In this document: piece by piece, positions 15,537 through 23,880 of the stretch
Layout of the letters: each line of letters begins with the position of its first letter
Position numbering within the stretch: the stretch's first letter is position 1
Source of the DNA: an uncultured Candidatus Saccharibacteria bacterium
Lineage (GTDB): Bacteria; Patescibacteriota; Minisyncoccia; Phycocordibacterales; CAIZIN01
Reading direction: 5' to 3'
Length of the DNA: 27,388 nucleotides
Assembly (NCBI GenBank): GCA_964615805.1
Contig: CAZTQI010000001.1
Span: forward strand, 1 to 27,388
Notes under the pieces: model-generated
Databases searched by the model: none
What the model was told of the DNA's origin: nothing
The model's input: the letters and a program-made list of their open reading frames with translations, nothing else
Translations under genes and position numbers: made by a program

Positions 15537-16328
15537 ATGAATAGATCAACAACCAATAAAAATATAAACCTTATAATTTATTCTAAAGGTGAGGAATTTC
15601 TGAGTGGGGCTGAAAAAATTCAACAAGATACAATCAAATTTGGCAAACAATGTGAAATATATGAGATTGATGATTTTATTGAAAATATTAATGAAATAAT
15701 TAATAAAAATATAATACGTGTATATTTTCTTACCGGTGACTGCAGAATACAACAACTCGTTAATATTATCACAAAACAAAATCAATTAGTCATAAATAGT
15801 ACTTTTTTATCTTGTGAAATATTATCTTCAAAATATGATTCACTTATGAAGGTAAGTTTGTGTGGCGTACATATACCTGACAATTTACTTATTAATGACA
15901 ATAGTTTAAGTGAATTAAATAGATTTCCAATACCTTTATTTATTAAATCTAAAAGTCCAAGAGGAATAGTAACTAGAATTGAAAGTATTGATGAACTGAT
16001 AAGCAAATTAGAGATAGTAACAAAAAATGAAAGAAGCGAGATTTACCTCGAAAGAGATATCCTTACCGATGGATTTACTGAAATTAAACTTTATTATGTT
16101 AATGATATGGTTTATGTGTCCGATAGCGAAAATCTCATAATTATTCCCGAATGGTTAAAAGATATCTTACACAGAATATCAAGGACTCTAGAAATTGAAG
16201 TTTTTTCGACTGATTTAACTGTTAATTGGTCAAGCAGACAATATTATTGCTTTGATATAAATTATGCATCTTCATTTTTTATGTGTGCACCAGCAAGAAT
16301 TGAGTTTATAAATAAAATACTCATATAA
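15537..16328 (+). CDS. Divergent ATP-grasp (RimK-like) protein
   Basis: SKYDSLMKV...GVHIPDNL, FPIPLFIKS, YLERDI, EIKLYYV and STDL...YCFDINYASSF follow the RimK-type pattern (K.....L...G..P, P.V.KP, QE.I, D.R..V, G.D....EVN). Confidence 0.65.
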   Translation: MNRSTTNKNINLIIYSKGEEFLSGAEKIQQDTIKFGKQCEIYEIDDFIENINEIINKNIIRVYFLTGDCRIQQLVNIITKQNQLVINSTFLSCEILSSKYDSLMKVSLCGVHIPDNLLINDNSLSELNRFPIPLFIKSKSPRGIVTRIESIDELISKLEIVTKNERSEIYLERDILTDGFTEIKLYYVNDMVYVSDSENLIIIPEWLKDILHRISRTLEIEVFSTDLTVNWSSRQYYCFDINYASSFFMCAPARIEFINKILI

Positions 16329-16329
16329 T

Positions 16330-17010
16330 ATGAATTGGGCCGAAATGTATTTAAAAAAAATTAATAGGGCTGGTGGATTTGACGAATATCTAAGAAAAAA
16401 AGACAAGAGAGCAGCTGGCGCCCTTATTAAACGAATGTCTGTCAAGCTTCAAAAAGGTTCAAAAATTTTGGAAATAGGAACTGGAACAGGAGCAATTGGT
16501 ATATTGCTTTCAAAAAATGACTTCAATGTCGTTGCCATCGATAACAATGTTGAAATGTTTAATATTGCAAGTAAGTTCATAAACACACACAGTAAGAACT
16601 GTAGAGTTCTCCTGATGGATGCAAAAGACACACTAAGGGAATTTGGTAAGGATTCATTTGATTGCGTAATTTTACATGGAATATTACAACACTACTCAAA
16701 TTTAGAAATTATTAGACTTATCGATACCCAGCTTTCAGTAGCACCAATTGTGATCTTCACTGTACCAACAAAACATATGTCTAAAAAATATCGGTCTGAG
16801 GGATTTGGAGGAGAGAGATATATCTCCACAAGAGAACGGAAAGATATTATAAAAAGAAAATATGTAATTAGTGATGTCTATGGATTTGGTTTTAAAGAAA
16901 CAAATTTTATTCCAAACTTCCTAGAAAAATTTTTGAATAATAATGTTATATCAAAATTTTTTGCACCATTTTGTGCAGTTAATGAGTTCTGGATTAAAAG
17001 GTTAAAATAG
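16330..17010 (+). CDS. Class I SAM-dependent methyltransferase
   Basis: ILEIGTGTG, VAIDNN, LMDA and FDCVILHGILQHY. ATG lies 1 nt after the ATP-grasp stop. Confidence 0.9.
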   Translation: MNWAEMYLKKINRAGGFDEYLRKKDKRAAGALIKRMSVKLQKGSKILEIGTGTGAIGILLSKNDFNVVAIDNNVEMFNIASKFINTHSKNCRVLLMDAKDTLREFGKDSFDCVILHGILQHYSNLEIIRLIDTQLSVAPIVIFTVPTKHMSKKYRSEGFGGERYISTRERKDIIKRKYVISDVYGFGFKETNFIPNFLEKFLNNNVISKFFAPFCAVNEFWIKRLK

Positions 17011-17416
17011 CTTCTTTTATGATAGTTTTAATTTTTTTAAAATAATCCTTTAAATTTTTATAACTTAAAAGATCGATAACATCATCAATTGGTGTCCAAT
17101 TAATACCATCAGCAGGATGCTCTAATTTCAATAATGAGTCATCATTAGACTGTACAAGAAATATTTTTGTAGCTACAATATCCCCACCACTATTAACATA
17201 ATCTAAGTCAGGTAATTCCTTTAAAACACGAACATCTAGCCCAGTTTCTTCTTTAACCTCTCGTACCATTGCCTGAATTTGGTTTTCTCCTATTTCAACA
17301 TGTCCTTTCGGAAAAGACCAGTCTTTTTGTTTTCCACGATAAAGTAACGCTATCCTATTTTTATCTAAAGCACTCAAAATAATCGCGCCAGATTTTTGTA
17401 TTGTTTTACAGTTCAT
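16994..17416 (-). CDS. NUDIX hydrolase (Ap4A-hydrolase-like)
   Basis: WSFPKGHVEIGENQIQAMVREVKEETG. Confidence 0.9.
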   Translation of the reverse strand: MNCKTIQKSGAIILSALDKNRIALLYRGKQKDWSFPKGHVEIGENQIQAMVREVKEETGLDVRVLKELPDLDYVNSGGDIVATKIFLVQSNDDSLLKLEHPADGINWTPIDDVIDLLSYKNLKDYFKKIKTIIKEAILTF

Positions 17417-17422
17417 AATAAT

Positions 17423-17452
17423 AAAAAAGCCTCTCTATAATAACAGAGAGAC
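17423..17452 (-). terminator. Terminator after the kinase gene
   Basis: Minus strand GTCTCTCT-GTTATTAT-AGAGAGGC-TTTTTT. Confidence 0.65.
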
Positions 17453-17462
17453 TGTGAAGAAG

Positions 17463-18011
17463 TCAAAGCAGTGAAGGGTCTAGCTTACCTACTCGTACTA
17501 GGTGCCCAAACAATGCTTCGGCTTCCAAAGATCGCAATTCATGTGATGCAATTCCGCAAAAGGCCCATTCAACGTGAGAAAGGAGACATTCATCCCCTGC
17601 CTCACTGTGCCAATGGCGCTCCCTTCTTATATCAAGACTCAGATCCTCTGGAGTACTTCGTTCAAGTCTTAATTCTTTTGGAATATAGACACAAACCAGT
17701 AAACTGTTTGGATCAACCTCGGTAATCGCACGCCACTCGTCTGGAGTATGAACTGAATCCATAAGGATTACTGCATTTGAGCCACGACTATATCCCATTC
17801 GTTTTATCAGATGGTGCATTACCTTGTAACCCCCACTTGTACGATAAAGGTTTCGATACCATCTAATCCACGCGGATTCATCATCGCCCATTCCAGACCA
17901 ATCTTTCAACAAATCTCTCTTTATGACCCATCTCCATCCATACTTTAGTTCCAAATATTTACAGAGATCAGACTTTCCAGAGCTGTGAAAACCAGTAAAC
18001 CCAATGATCAT
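17463..18011 (-). CDS. P-loop NMP/dephospho-CoA-kinase-like protein
   Basis: MIIGFTGFHSSGKSD, MDSVHTPDE and ELRLER lid. Start moved from 18065 to 18011 because of SD GGAGG. Confidence 0.72.
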   Translation of the reverse strand: MIIGFTGFHSSGKSDLCKYLELKYGWRWVIKRDLLKDWSGMGDDESAWIRWYRNLYRTSGGYKVMHHLIKRMGYSRGSNAVILMDSVHTPDEWRAITEVDPNSLLVCVYIPKELRLERSTPEDLSLDIRRERHWHSEAGDECLLSHVEWAFCGIASHELRSLEAEALFGHLVRVGKLDPSLL

Positions 18012-18027
18012 ATTTTTTCCTCCAAGT

Positions 18028-19131
18028 TTAGGCAGGATCTCCACATCCCGACATGATGTTAGCAATACAATTTGTTAAGGGAATTTGGAGCCCTTTCCAA
18101 ATTGATGACAGTGTCTCAGCGCCCAAATTACCAACGCAAGGAACATTTAACGGCTCAAGAAAACCACACGTTGAAACACGACCGTCTGGATGAATTGCAA
18201 GGCCTCTTCGCCCAGCCTTGCATTTACACCAAGCAAAAGGAAGCCTAACTCTGGGAGTAATAACATCCTCTTTTAGGTAGTGACCACTCACTCCACTATT
18301 AGAGACAGAAAGAAATGTGTCGAGTTCCTTCCTCAAAAATACATAATCTTGTGCAGATAACATTTCCTTAACACTAGCTCTGCCAGATGGAATGAGACGT
18401 CTGATCATTATTTTTATTCCTCTGTCATGAAAATACTGAACAGTAGATGGAATATCTAATAAGTTACTTTTCATAGCAACAATATTCACCCTGACCGGAA
18501 TATCAAAACAATTCAACGACTCAATTCCACGAAGAACTCTGTTGAATGACCCTTTACCACGAATATCATCATGTTGATTTTCAAGACCGTCAACACTAAC
18601 AATGGCAACATTAAGGTCAGCTTCAGAGAGTTTTCTTGCAACAGTATCATCAACCAATACTCCATTAGTACCAATAGAGGCCCGTAATCCACACTTCCGA
18701 ATTTTAGAAATGTAACCAAAAATATCTTTGTTGAGCAATGGCTCACCACCAGTAAATCTAACTTCTTGAACCCCTACAGTACATAAATCATCAAGTAAAC
18801 CATCTATTTGCTCGTGAGTGAGTTCCAATAATAGCGATTTACCTGAATTATTCAAACAGTGAGTGCAGCGTAGATTACAAGCGCGCGTGAGTTCGAAAAA
18901 AATGATATCTGGCGCACTAAAATTATGCGACAACAACTCCGGTTCACGAATAATTACATCTGTGCAATTTGTGCGTAGCTCGATACAGAGTTCTTGTGTA
19001 ACTCTACCGCTACTCTTGATAGATTGAAATTCATCGTTGTTGATATAAATTCTCCTTCCAGAGACGGCATTTCCCAGCGTTCCGCCAAATGATTCTTTTC
19101 TCAAAAGTGATGATTTTTTATTAGTATTCAT
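18028..19131 (-). CDS. Radical SAM protein with short SPASM/twitch region and N-terminal RRE-like segment
   Basis: CNLRCTHC, FTGGEP, VSVDG...HDDIRG and CKAG...IHPDGRVSTC. Start moved from 19230 to the ATG at 19131 (SD GAAAGGGT; the promoter lies inside the longer ORF). Confidence 0.9.
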   Translation of the reverse strand: MNTNKKSSLLRKESFGGTLGNAVSGRRIYINNDEFQSIKSSGRVTQELCIELRTNCTDVIIREPELLSHNFSAPDIIFFELTRACNLRCTHCLNNSGKSLLLELTHEQIDGLLDDLCTVGVQEVRFTGGEPLLNKDIFGYISKIRKCGLRASIGTNGVLVDDTVARKLSEADLNVAIVSVDGLENQHDDIRGKGSFNRVLRGIESLNCFDIPVRVNIVAMKSNLLDIPSTVQYFHDRGIKIMIRRLIPSGRASVKEMLSAQDYVFLRKELDTFLSVSNSGVSGHYLKEDVITPRVRLPFAWCKCKAGRRGLAIHPDGRVSTCGFLEPLNVPCVGNLGAETLSSIWKGLQIPLTNCIANIMSGCGDPA

Positions 19132-19201
19132 TTTTACCCTTTCTTTTATTGAGTTCCTTTCAAATAACACATGCTTTAGAATTCCTAAAGCATCCTGGGT
19201 A

Positions 19202-19230
19202 AATCTAACAAACCACACAGTAAAAGTCAA
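19202..19230 (-). promoter_or_regulatory. Promoter of the second radical SAM operon
   Basis: Minus strand TTGACT-17 nt-TAGATT with a TGT extension; same tandem TTTGAC layout as 8444-8464. Confidence 0.6.
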
Positions 19231-19241
19231 ATATAGTCAAA

Positions 19242-19586
19242 TTATCCCCTCTTTACAACCGGGCTAAACCACTGTTCTTGAAAATTCACAACCTTCAAAA
19301 TATCCTCATCCGATATATTTTCAAAATCTTTCGAAACAACAATAAGTTTGTGGTCTCCCGTATCATCTGAGCGTTCTATGTATGCAACACATTTACCTGT
19401 AAAAGTTTCAAGTGGTTCATTAGGGCCAATCACATAAGCATCCAACTCCTCCCCATCACCCTGTATTGTATTTTCAATAAAACCGTAGTTTATTGGATAC
19501 GTCCAATCATACTTGTCATGTTTTGTTCCCAAAGGTCGATCCATTTTTACCTCCACTTCTTTTCCTATGTATTCGTTCGTTTTCAT
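19242..19586 (-). CDS. Small family I inorganic pyrophosphatase-like protein
   Basis: DRPLG, YPINYGFI, GDGEELDAYV and DHKLIV. Confidence 0.85.
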   Translation of the reverse strand: MKTNEYIGKEVEVKMDRPLGTKHDKYDWTYPINYGFIENTIQGDGEELDAYVIGPNEPLETFTGKCVAYIERSDDTGDHKLIVVSKDFENISDEDILKVVNFQEQWFSPVVKRG

Positions 19587-19655
19587 TTAAATTATTTATT
19601 TAAAAATTAATTCAATTACAACCTTATAATACCTAATGATATCTACATAATTATT

Positions 19656-20072
19656 CTACAAATAATTAACAGTTTCAAGTGGATAAAGAATTACTTCAGA
19701 ATTTTTTACTTTTTCAATGTCTACCCACTCTGCAAACGAATCGTCTTTATCTAGTATTTTAACAACTTCTTGATTATAAATCGTTTCTTCTAGTAAATCA
19801 CATTCATATAGAAATGTTATTTCGTGATATTTCTCTCCGTTGTATTCAAAGACATTTTCTATTGGACAAATAAATTTTTCATTAACTGTTGTTGAATCCA
19901 ATTCTTCCCTGATTTCTCTTTTTAGAGTGCCTAAGGATAGCTCACCAAATTCAACCCCGCCTCCAATTAATCTATAAAATTTGTCACCTTTTACTTTGTC
20001 CTCTGCCTTTATAGCAAGCACCTTTCCATTCTTTTTAATAATAGCTAGTGAATTTGGTCTTATTTTATCCAT
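19656..20072 (-). CDS. NUDIX hydrolase
   Basis: LIGGGVEFGELSLGTLKREIREEL, plus ENVF and HEITF. Confidence 0.9.
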   Translation of the reverse strand: MDKIRPNSLAIIKKNGKVLAIKAEDKVKGDKFYRLIGGGVEFGELSLGTLKREIREELDSTTVNEKFICPIENVFEYNGEKYHEITFLYECDLLEETIYNQEVVKILDKDDSFAEWVDIEKVKNSEVILYPLETVNYL

Positions 20073-20145
20073 ATATTTTATTGGTTTTTATATTTTTGAT
20101 AATCTCAATCCTAAATTAACTTAACATAATTTAATTATTTAACAC

Positions 20146-20940
20146 TTATTGTCCAAATGTCATAAAATTTGAACTTTCATAATTCTTAACAGCCCTCTTA
20201 AACAAAAACAAGGAAATCACAAACCAGAAAACAGACAACGCACCAACCAGCAATAATTTCTGGTATGACATATTTGTAATGGCCTCTACTGGCAAGGTAC
20301 CTATTACAAGCGATGGAAGTATAAAGGTGAAGATAAATCTTGTCATACCCTGAAAAGCCCCGCCGTGAAATAATGAAGGCGTAAAAAATAGTTCAAAAAT
20401 ACTTCTAGTCACAGAATCCGGATCCTGAAAATAAAAACTTATAGACTGCACCGAAACAACAACACCAGCAAATGCAATCGAAGAGAAAAATATTAATAAC
20501 AGTGTCATACAAACCTGCTGTATATTTGCACTGATAGTTATTAAATAAATAATTACACAAACAATACCATAGAACAAATCCCCAATTGCAGCAGAACTGA
20601 ATGATGATGTTGCTACACGCCCAAGTAAATTCTTTGGAGAAACTAAGAATTGATCGAAAATTCCTGAACTAACCAGCCTTGGCATTTCTCTTAATCCAGC
20701 ACCGAATGAAAAGACAAAACCATAAACAAGCGCAACAAAACCTTGCAACCCAACTACATCAGCCGATGTCCAACCCCCAATACTTCCAACTGTCTGAACT
20801 AGGGATACCCAAATAATTATAAAGACTATATTATTCAGCATCATTCCAAGTATATTAATTAAAAAACTCGCCCTCAGCTCCGCACTGCTTGAGAGATTTT
20901 TTCTAATTGAATATATAATAAAATTTACTTCGTTTTTCAT
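20146..20940 (-). CDS. ABC-2 type exporter permease (ABC2_membrane_6/DUF990-like)
   Basis: Six hydrophobic segments, G.FDQFL..P.N, FIFTFILP and C-terminal AVKNYES. Confidence 0.85.
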   Translation of the reverse strand: MKNEVNFIIYSIRKNLSSSAELRASFLINILGMMLNNIVFIIIWVSLVQTVGSIGGWTSADVVGLQGFVALVYGFVFSFGAGLREMPRLVSSGIFDQFLVSPKNLLGRVATSSFSSAAIGDLFYGIVCVIIYLITISANIQQVCMTLLLIFFSSIAFAGVVVSVQSISFYFQDPDSVTRSIFELFFTPSLFHGGAFQGMTRFIFTFILPSLVIGTLPVEAITNMSYQKLLLVGALSVFWFVISLFLFKRAVKNYESSNFMTFGQ

Positions 20941-20943
20941 AAA

Positions 20944-21744
20944 TTAGCCACCATTTACAGAAACCTTCTTATGTGCCCTATTAAACATAATATACACAAA
21001 TGTCCCCAAAATAATAACCCAAAGAACTTGAATACTGAACATCTTAACATAATTTATTGTCCATGATTCATATACAGTATGAGTAATAAATTGTGAGGCT
21101 CCAAAAGGACTCCATACCGCTATTTGATACATAGCCTTAGGAAATAATGCCACTGGCAAATATGACCCACCTAGTATCATCACCGCCTTATCAACAATCC
21201 AATATACGGGTTTTATATCCTCAATCCAAAATGATAACAATCCAACAATAGAATATATCAATAAGGACAAGACTACAGACAATATGAACACACAGGTAAG
21301 TGAAATTAAGAAAAAGGATGTAGTCATTGCTATTGGTACACCAACAAAAAACCACATTGCAATCGTTCCTAATAAAGTTATTACAAAAAATGGATAGATG
21401 CCTGCTCCAAATTGCCACCAAATGCGATACACTAAATAATTCATCGGCTTTGATAACAAAATTTCTACTGTACCTGATTTAATATCCTGCATAATTAGTG
21501 GGGCCAGATCTCTCAATCTTAAGGTAAGAAATGAGAAATATAAAAACATACTCCAGGCTGCAGCCTGAAAATCTACTCCACTTATTGAACCACCTTTGAG
21601 TCTAAAGATATATGAATAAAGAACAAGCAGTACGCCACATCTCGCAACTATGCCAAAAGTATCCAAAATTAATCTCCCAGGATATTGGATACGATCCCTA
21701 ATCATCATTTTTATTAGGCTTTTAGCTAGTCTTAGTTGTTTCAT
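20944..21744 (-). CDS. ABC-2 type exporter permease
   Basis: DIKSGTVEILLSKPMNY, LGGSYLPVALFP and WSPF; hydrophobic. Confidence 0.85.
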   Translation of the reverse strand: MKQLRLAKSLIKMMIRDRIQYPGRLILDTFGIVARCGVLLVLYSYIFRLKGGSISGVDFQAAAWSMFLYFSFLTLRLRDLAPLIMQDIKSGTVEILLSKPMNYLVYRIWWQFGAGIYPFFVITLLGTIAMWFFVGVPIAMTTSFFLISLTCVFILSVVLSLLIYSIVGLLSFWIEDIKPVYWIVDKAVMILGGSYLPVALFPKAMYQIAVWSPFGASQFITHTVYESWTINYVKMFSIQVLWVIILGTFVYIMFNRAHKKVSVNGG

Positions 21745-22711
21745 ACATTTCTCTTATTACGGCTTCAAGCTCCATGTTATACACATCAATATCCGAAACA
21801 GCAAAGTGTGGTAGGACTTTTTGTAAGGCATCTGAAACGGTATGCATTCTTAAATCGACAGTTAAAACAACCTTATCTTCAGTTTTTTCTTTATAAGAAA
21901 TGCCTTCGGGTAAAATTGGGTAATCAGCTATTGATTTTTCTAAGTATAAATCTATGTATTTTTCGTATACAAAAGATTTACCTAGTTCACTTGTAGGCAT
22001 ATCTGCAACAATTTGACCATTATTAATTATTACAGTTCTATCACAAAGAGACTCAATATCACCAACATCATGAGAAGTTAAAAAAATTGTTGTTTTTTCT
22101 GTCTCGTTTATTTTAATGAGCAACTCGCGTAAAGTTTTTTTTGCTACAACATCAAGCCCAATGGTAGGTTCATCAAGAAAAATAATTTTTGGTCTATGTA
22201 TTAATGATGTGGCTATTTCAGCTCGCATTCTTTGTCCGAGTGATAATTTTCGAACAGGCTGATCTATGAAACTTCCTAGGTCAAATTGCTTAATCAGTTC
22301 GGCTGATCGATTTTTAATCTCCTTTTTTGTTAAATCATACATAACACCAAAAAACTCAAAAGAATCTGTTATTGGGAGATTTGGGAATAATTGACTACGT
22401 TGTCCAAAGACAGTACCTATACTATAAGCCAATTTTTTTCTATCCTTAGCTGGATTTAATCCCAATACTGAAATTGAGCCACTGCTAGGATAAAGAATAC
22501 CGGTCAACATTTTAATTGTTGTTGATTTACCAGCACCATTTGGTCCAATGAATGCAATTCTTTCGCCTTCTTTAACCGTCAAAGACACATTATTAACAGC
22601 ACATATATTCTTATTTTTTGGGGAGAAAAAATTACCAATAATATTCTTTGTCTTTATTTTAAAAGAGAAATTTTTAGATAAATTTTCTACATTAATGATA
22701 TTTTTCTTCAT
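21722..22711 (-). CDS. ABC exporter ATP-binding subunit (DrrA-like)
   Basis: GPNGAGKST, LSLGQ, FLDEPT and TSHD. Confidence 0.95.
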   Translation of the reverse strand: MKKNIINVENLSKNFSFKIKTKNIIGNFFSPKNKNICAVNNVSLTVKEGERIAFIGPNGAGKSTTIKMLTGILYPSSGSISVLGLNPAKDRKKLAYSIGTVFGQRSQLFPNLPITDSFEFFGVMYDLTKKEIKNRSAELIKQFDLGSFIDQPVRKLSLGQRMRAEIATSLIHRPKIIFLDEPTIGLDVVAKKTLRELLIKINETEKTTIFLTSHDVGDIESLCDRTVIINNGQIVADMPTSELGKSFVYEKYIDLYLEKSIADYPILPEGISYKEKTEDKVVLTVDLRMHTVSDALQKVLPHFAVSDIDVYNMELEAVIREMYETTKTS

Positions 22712-23571
22712 GATTTATTTTTCTTTGCCTTGATTGATATTTTCTTATTTTTCCTTTGTTCCAAGAAATTACCTTTTGTTGTAATTTTCTTTCTAGTCTT
22801 GGTTTCGATTTCTTTCCTTGCATTTCCAGCGACCTCCCCACCTTCTTTTGAATCTTTTTTGAGTGAAGGAAAACCTTTCGAATTTCTTGTCTGTGATAGT
22901 TCTGTGGTTGTGGCTTCACCAAGCATAGTGAGAATCAATTCAAGTTCATTCATATGATCACGAGGGTTGTCTGGATTTGAAAGATTTTTATATTTCTTGA
23001 TCTGCTTCGCATTCATATCAAAAGTACCTTTATATATTTCATTAGTTAAAATTGCAAATTCAATTCCTTCTTTTGCTCCACGATCTTTCCACTCATCTGT
23101 GAGGGTATTTCGAACATTAATCCCTCGCATACGTTTTGCAATCCAGTCATCATTGTAACCCTTCTGCTCATATATTTTCTTTGCACGGATTATTGCTCGC
23201 TCCGGGTCTTGAATTTCCTCAATTCTCTCCTGACCTACTTTTGCAAGCCATTGTTTGAAGGGTTCGGCTTTTGGAGATGGAATGGATTGAATAATACGGA
23301 AAATACCTTCGAGATTAGACATTATTTCTGAACGCTTTTTACCATCTTTTGAGATAACTTCAAGTGGGGTACAAATTGTACCCCACTTGACAGACAGCTC
23401 ATTGTCTCGTGCCCTCATCTTTTTAATATATTGCTTAATATCATTTGAATTAGTAAGAGCTAGTACAATGTCAGATATAGAAAAATACCACTGTTCATTG
23501 TGCCACGTGCGACGAACTTCTTTTTCTTCGAAAATCGCGACTCGCTTTGTTATGTCCATTTGCTTTTTCAT
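22708..23571 (-). CDS. BRO-N family (phage antirepressor-like) DNA-binding protein
   Basis: VRRTW...WYFSISDIV, EGIFRIIQSIPSPKAEPFKQWLAKVGQERIEE and RDHMNELEL. Confidence 0.85.
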   Translation of the reverse strand: MKKQMDITKRVAIFEEKEVRRTWHNEQWYFSISDIVLALTNSNDIKQYIKKMRARDNELSVKWGTICTPLEVISKDGKKRSEIMSNLEGIFRIIQSIPSPKAEPFKQWLAKVGQERIEEIQDPERAIIRAKKIYEQKGYNDDWIAKRMRGINVRNTLTDEWKDRGAKEGIEFAILTNEIYKGTFDMNAKQIKKYKNLSNPDNPRDHMNELELILTMLGEATTTELSQTRNSKGFPSLKKDSKEGGEVAGNARKEIETKTRKKITTKGNFLEQRKNKKISIKAKKNKS

Positions 23572-23643
23572 TGTTTGAAAATAGTTAAGATTATTTCAAA
23601 ATTATACCATAATTATGGCGTTTTTAATTAACTTTTCCACGAT

Positions 23644-23812
23644 TGTCATTTCCAACTTTACTAGTCAAAAAATTCAGAACCTGGATTCACATATATTTTT
23701 CTGGTGAAAAATTACGCGAACCTGACTCGGCTCGTCAGCCTCCGTCTTTGAGTCTGATACCCATCAGACTCAACCCGTATTCGCGAGAATGACAGAAAAT
23801 GTAGGATGACAA
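23644..23812. repeat. Structured intergenic element with nested hairpins and REP-like ends
   Basis: TGTCATT at 23644, CTGGATTC at 23681, GAGAATGACA at 23785. Internal hairpins CTGAC/GTCAG (23722-23738) and TTGAGTCTGAT-ACCC-ATCAGACTCAA (23748-23773), enclosed by CGCGAA/TTCGCG. Confidence 0.45.
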
Positions 23813-23827
23813 CACACTAACCAACAG

Positions 23828-23865
23828 AAAAACAGCCAGAGGACATTAATCCACTGGCTGTTTTT
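23828..23865. terminator. ppdK terminator, potentially bidirectional
   Basis: AAAAACAGCCAG...CTGGCTGTTTTT 12-bp arms. Confidence 0.85.
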
Positions 23866-23880
23866 GATTTTACCTAAATT

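Noticed and set aside
18028-19131. Prokaryotic viperin
   Set aside because: It has a SPASM/twitch-type C-terminus and an RRE-like N-terminus, and lacks viperin-type features such as NFAGGEP.
17463-19230. ORF-track starts at 18065 and 19230 (also 3896 and 11112)
   Set aside because: Downstream ATGs have better SD/promoter context and avoid overlaps with upstream genes or promoters.
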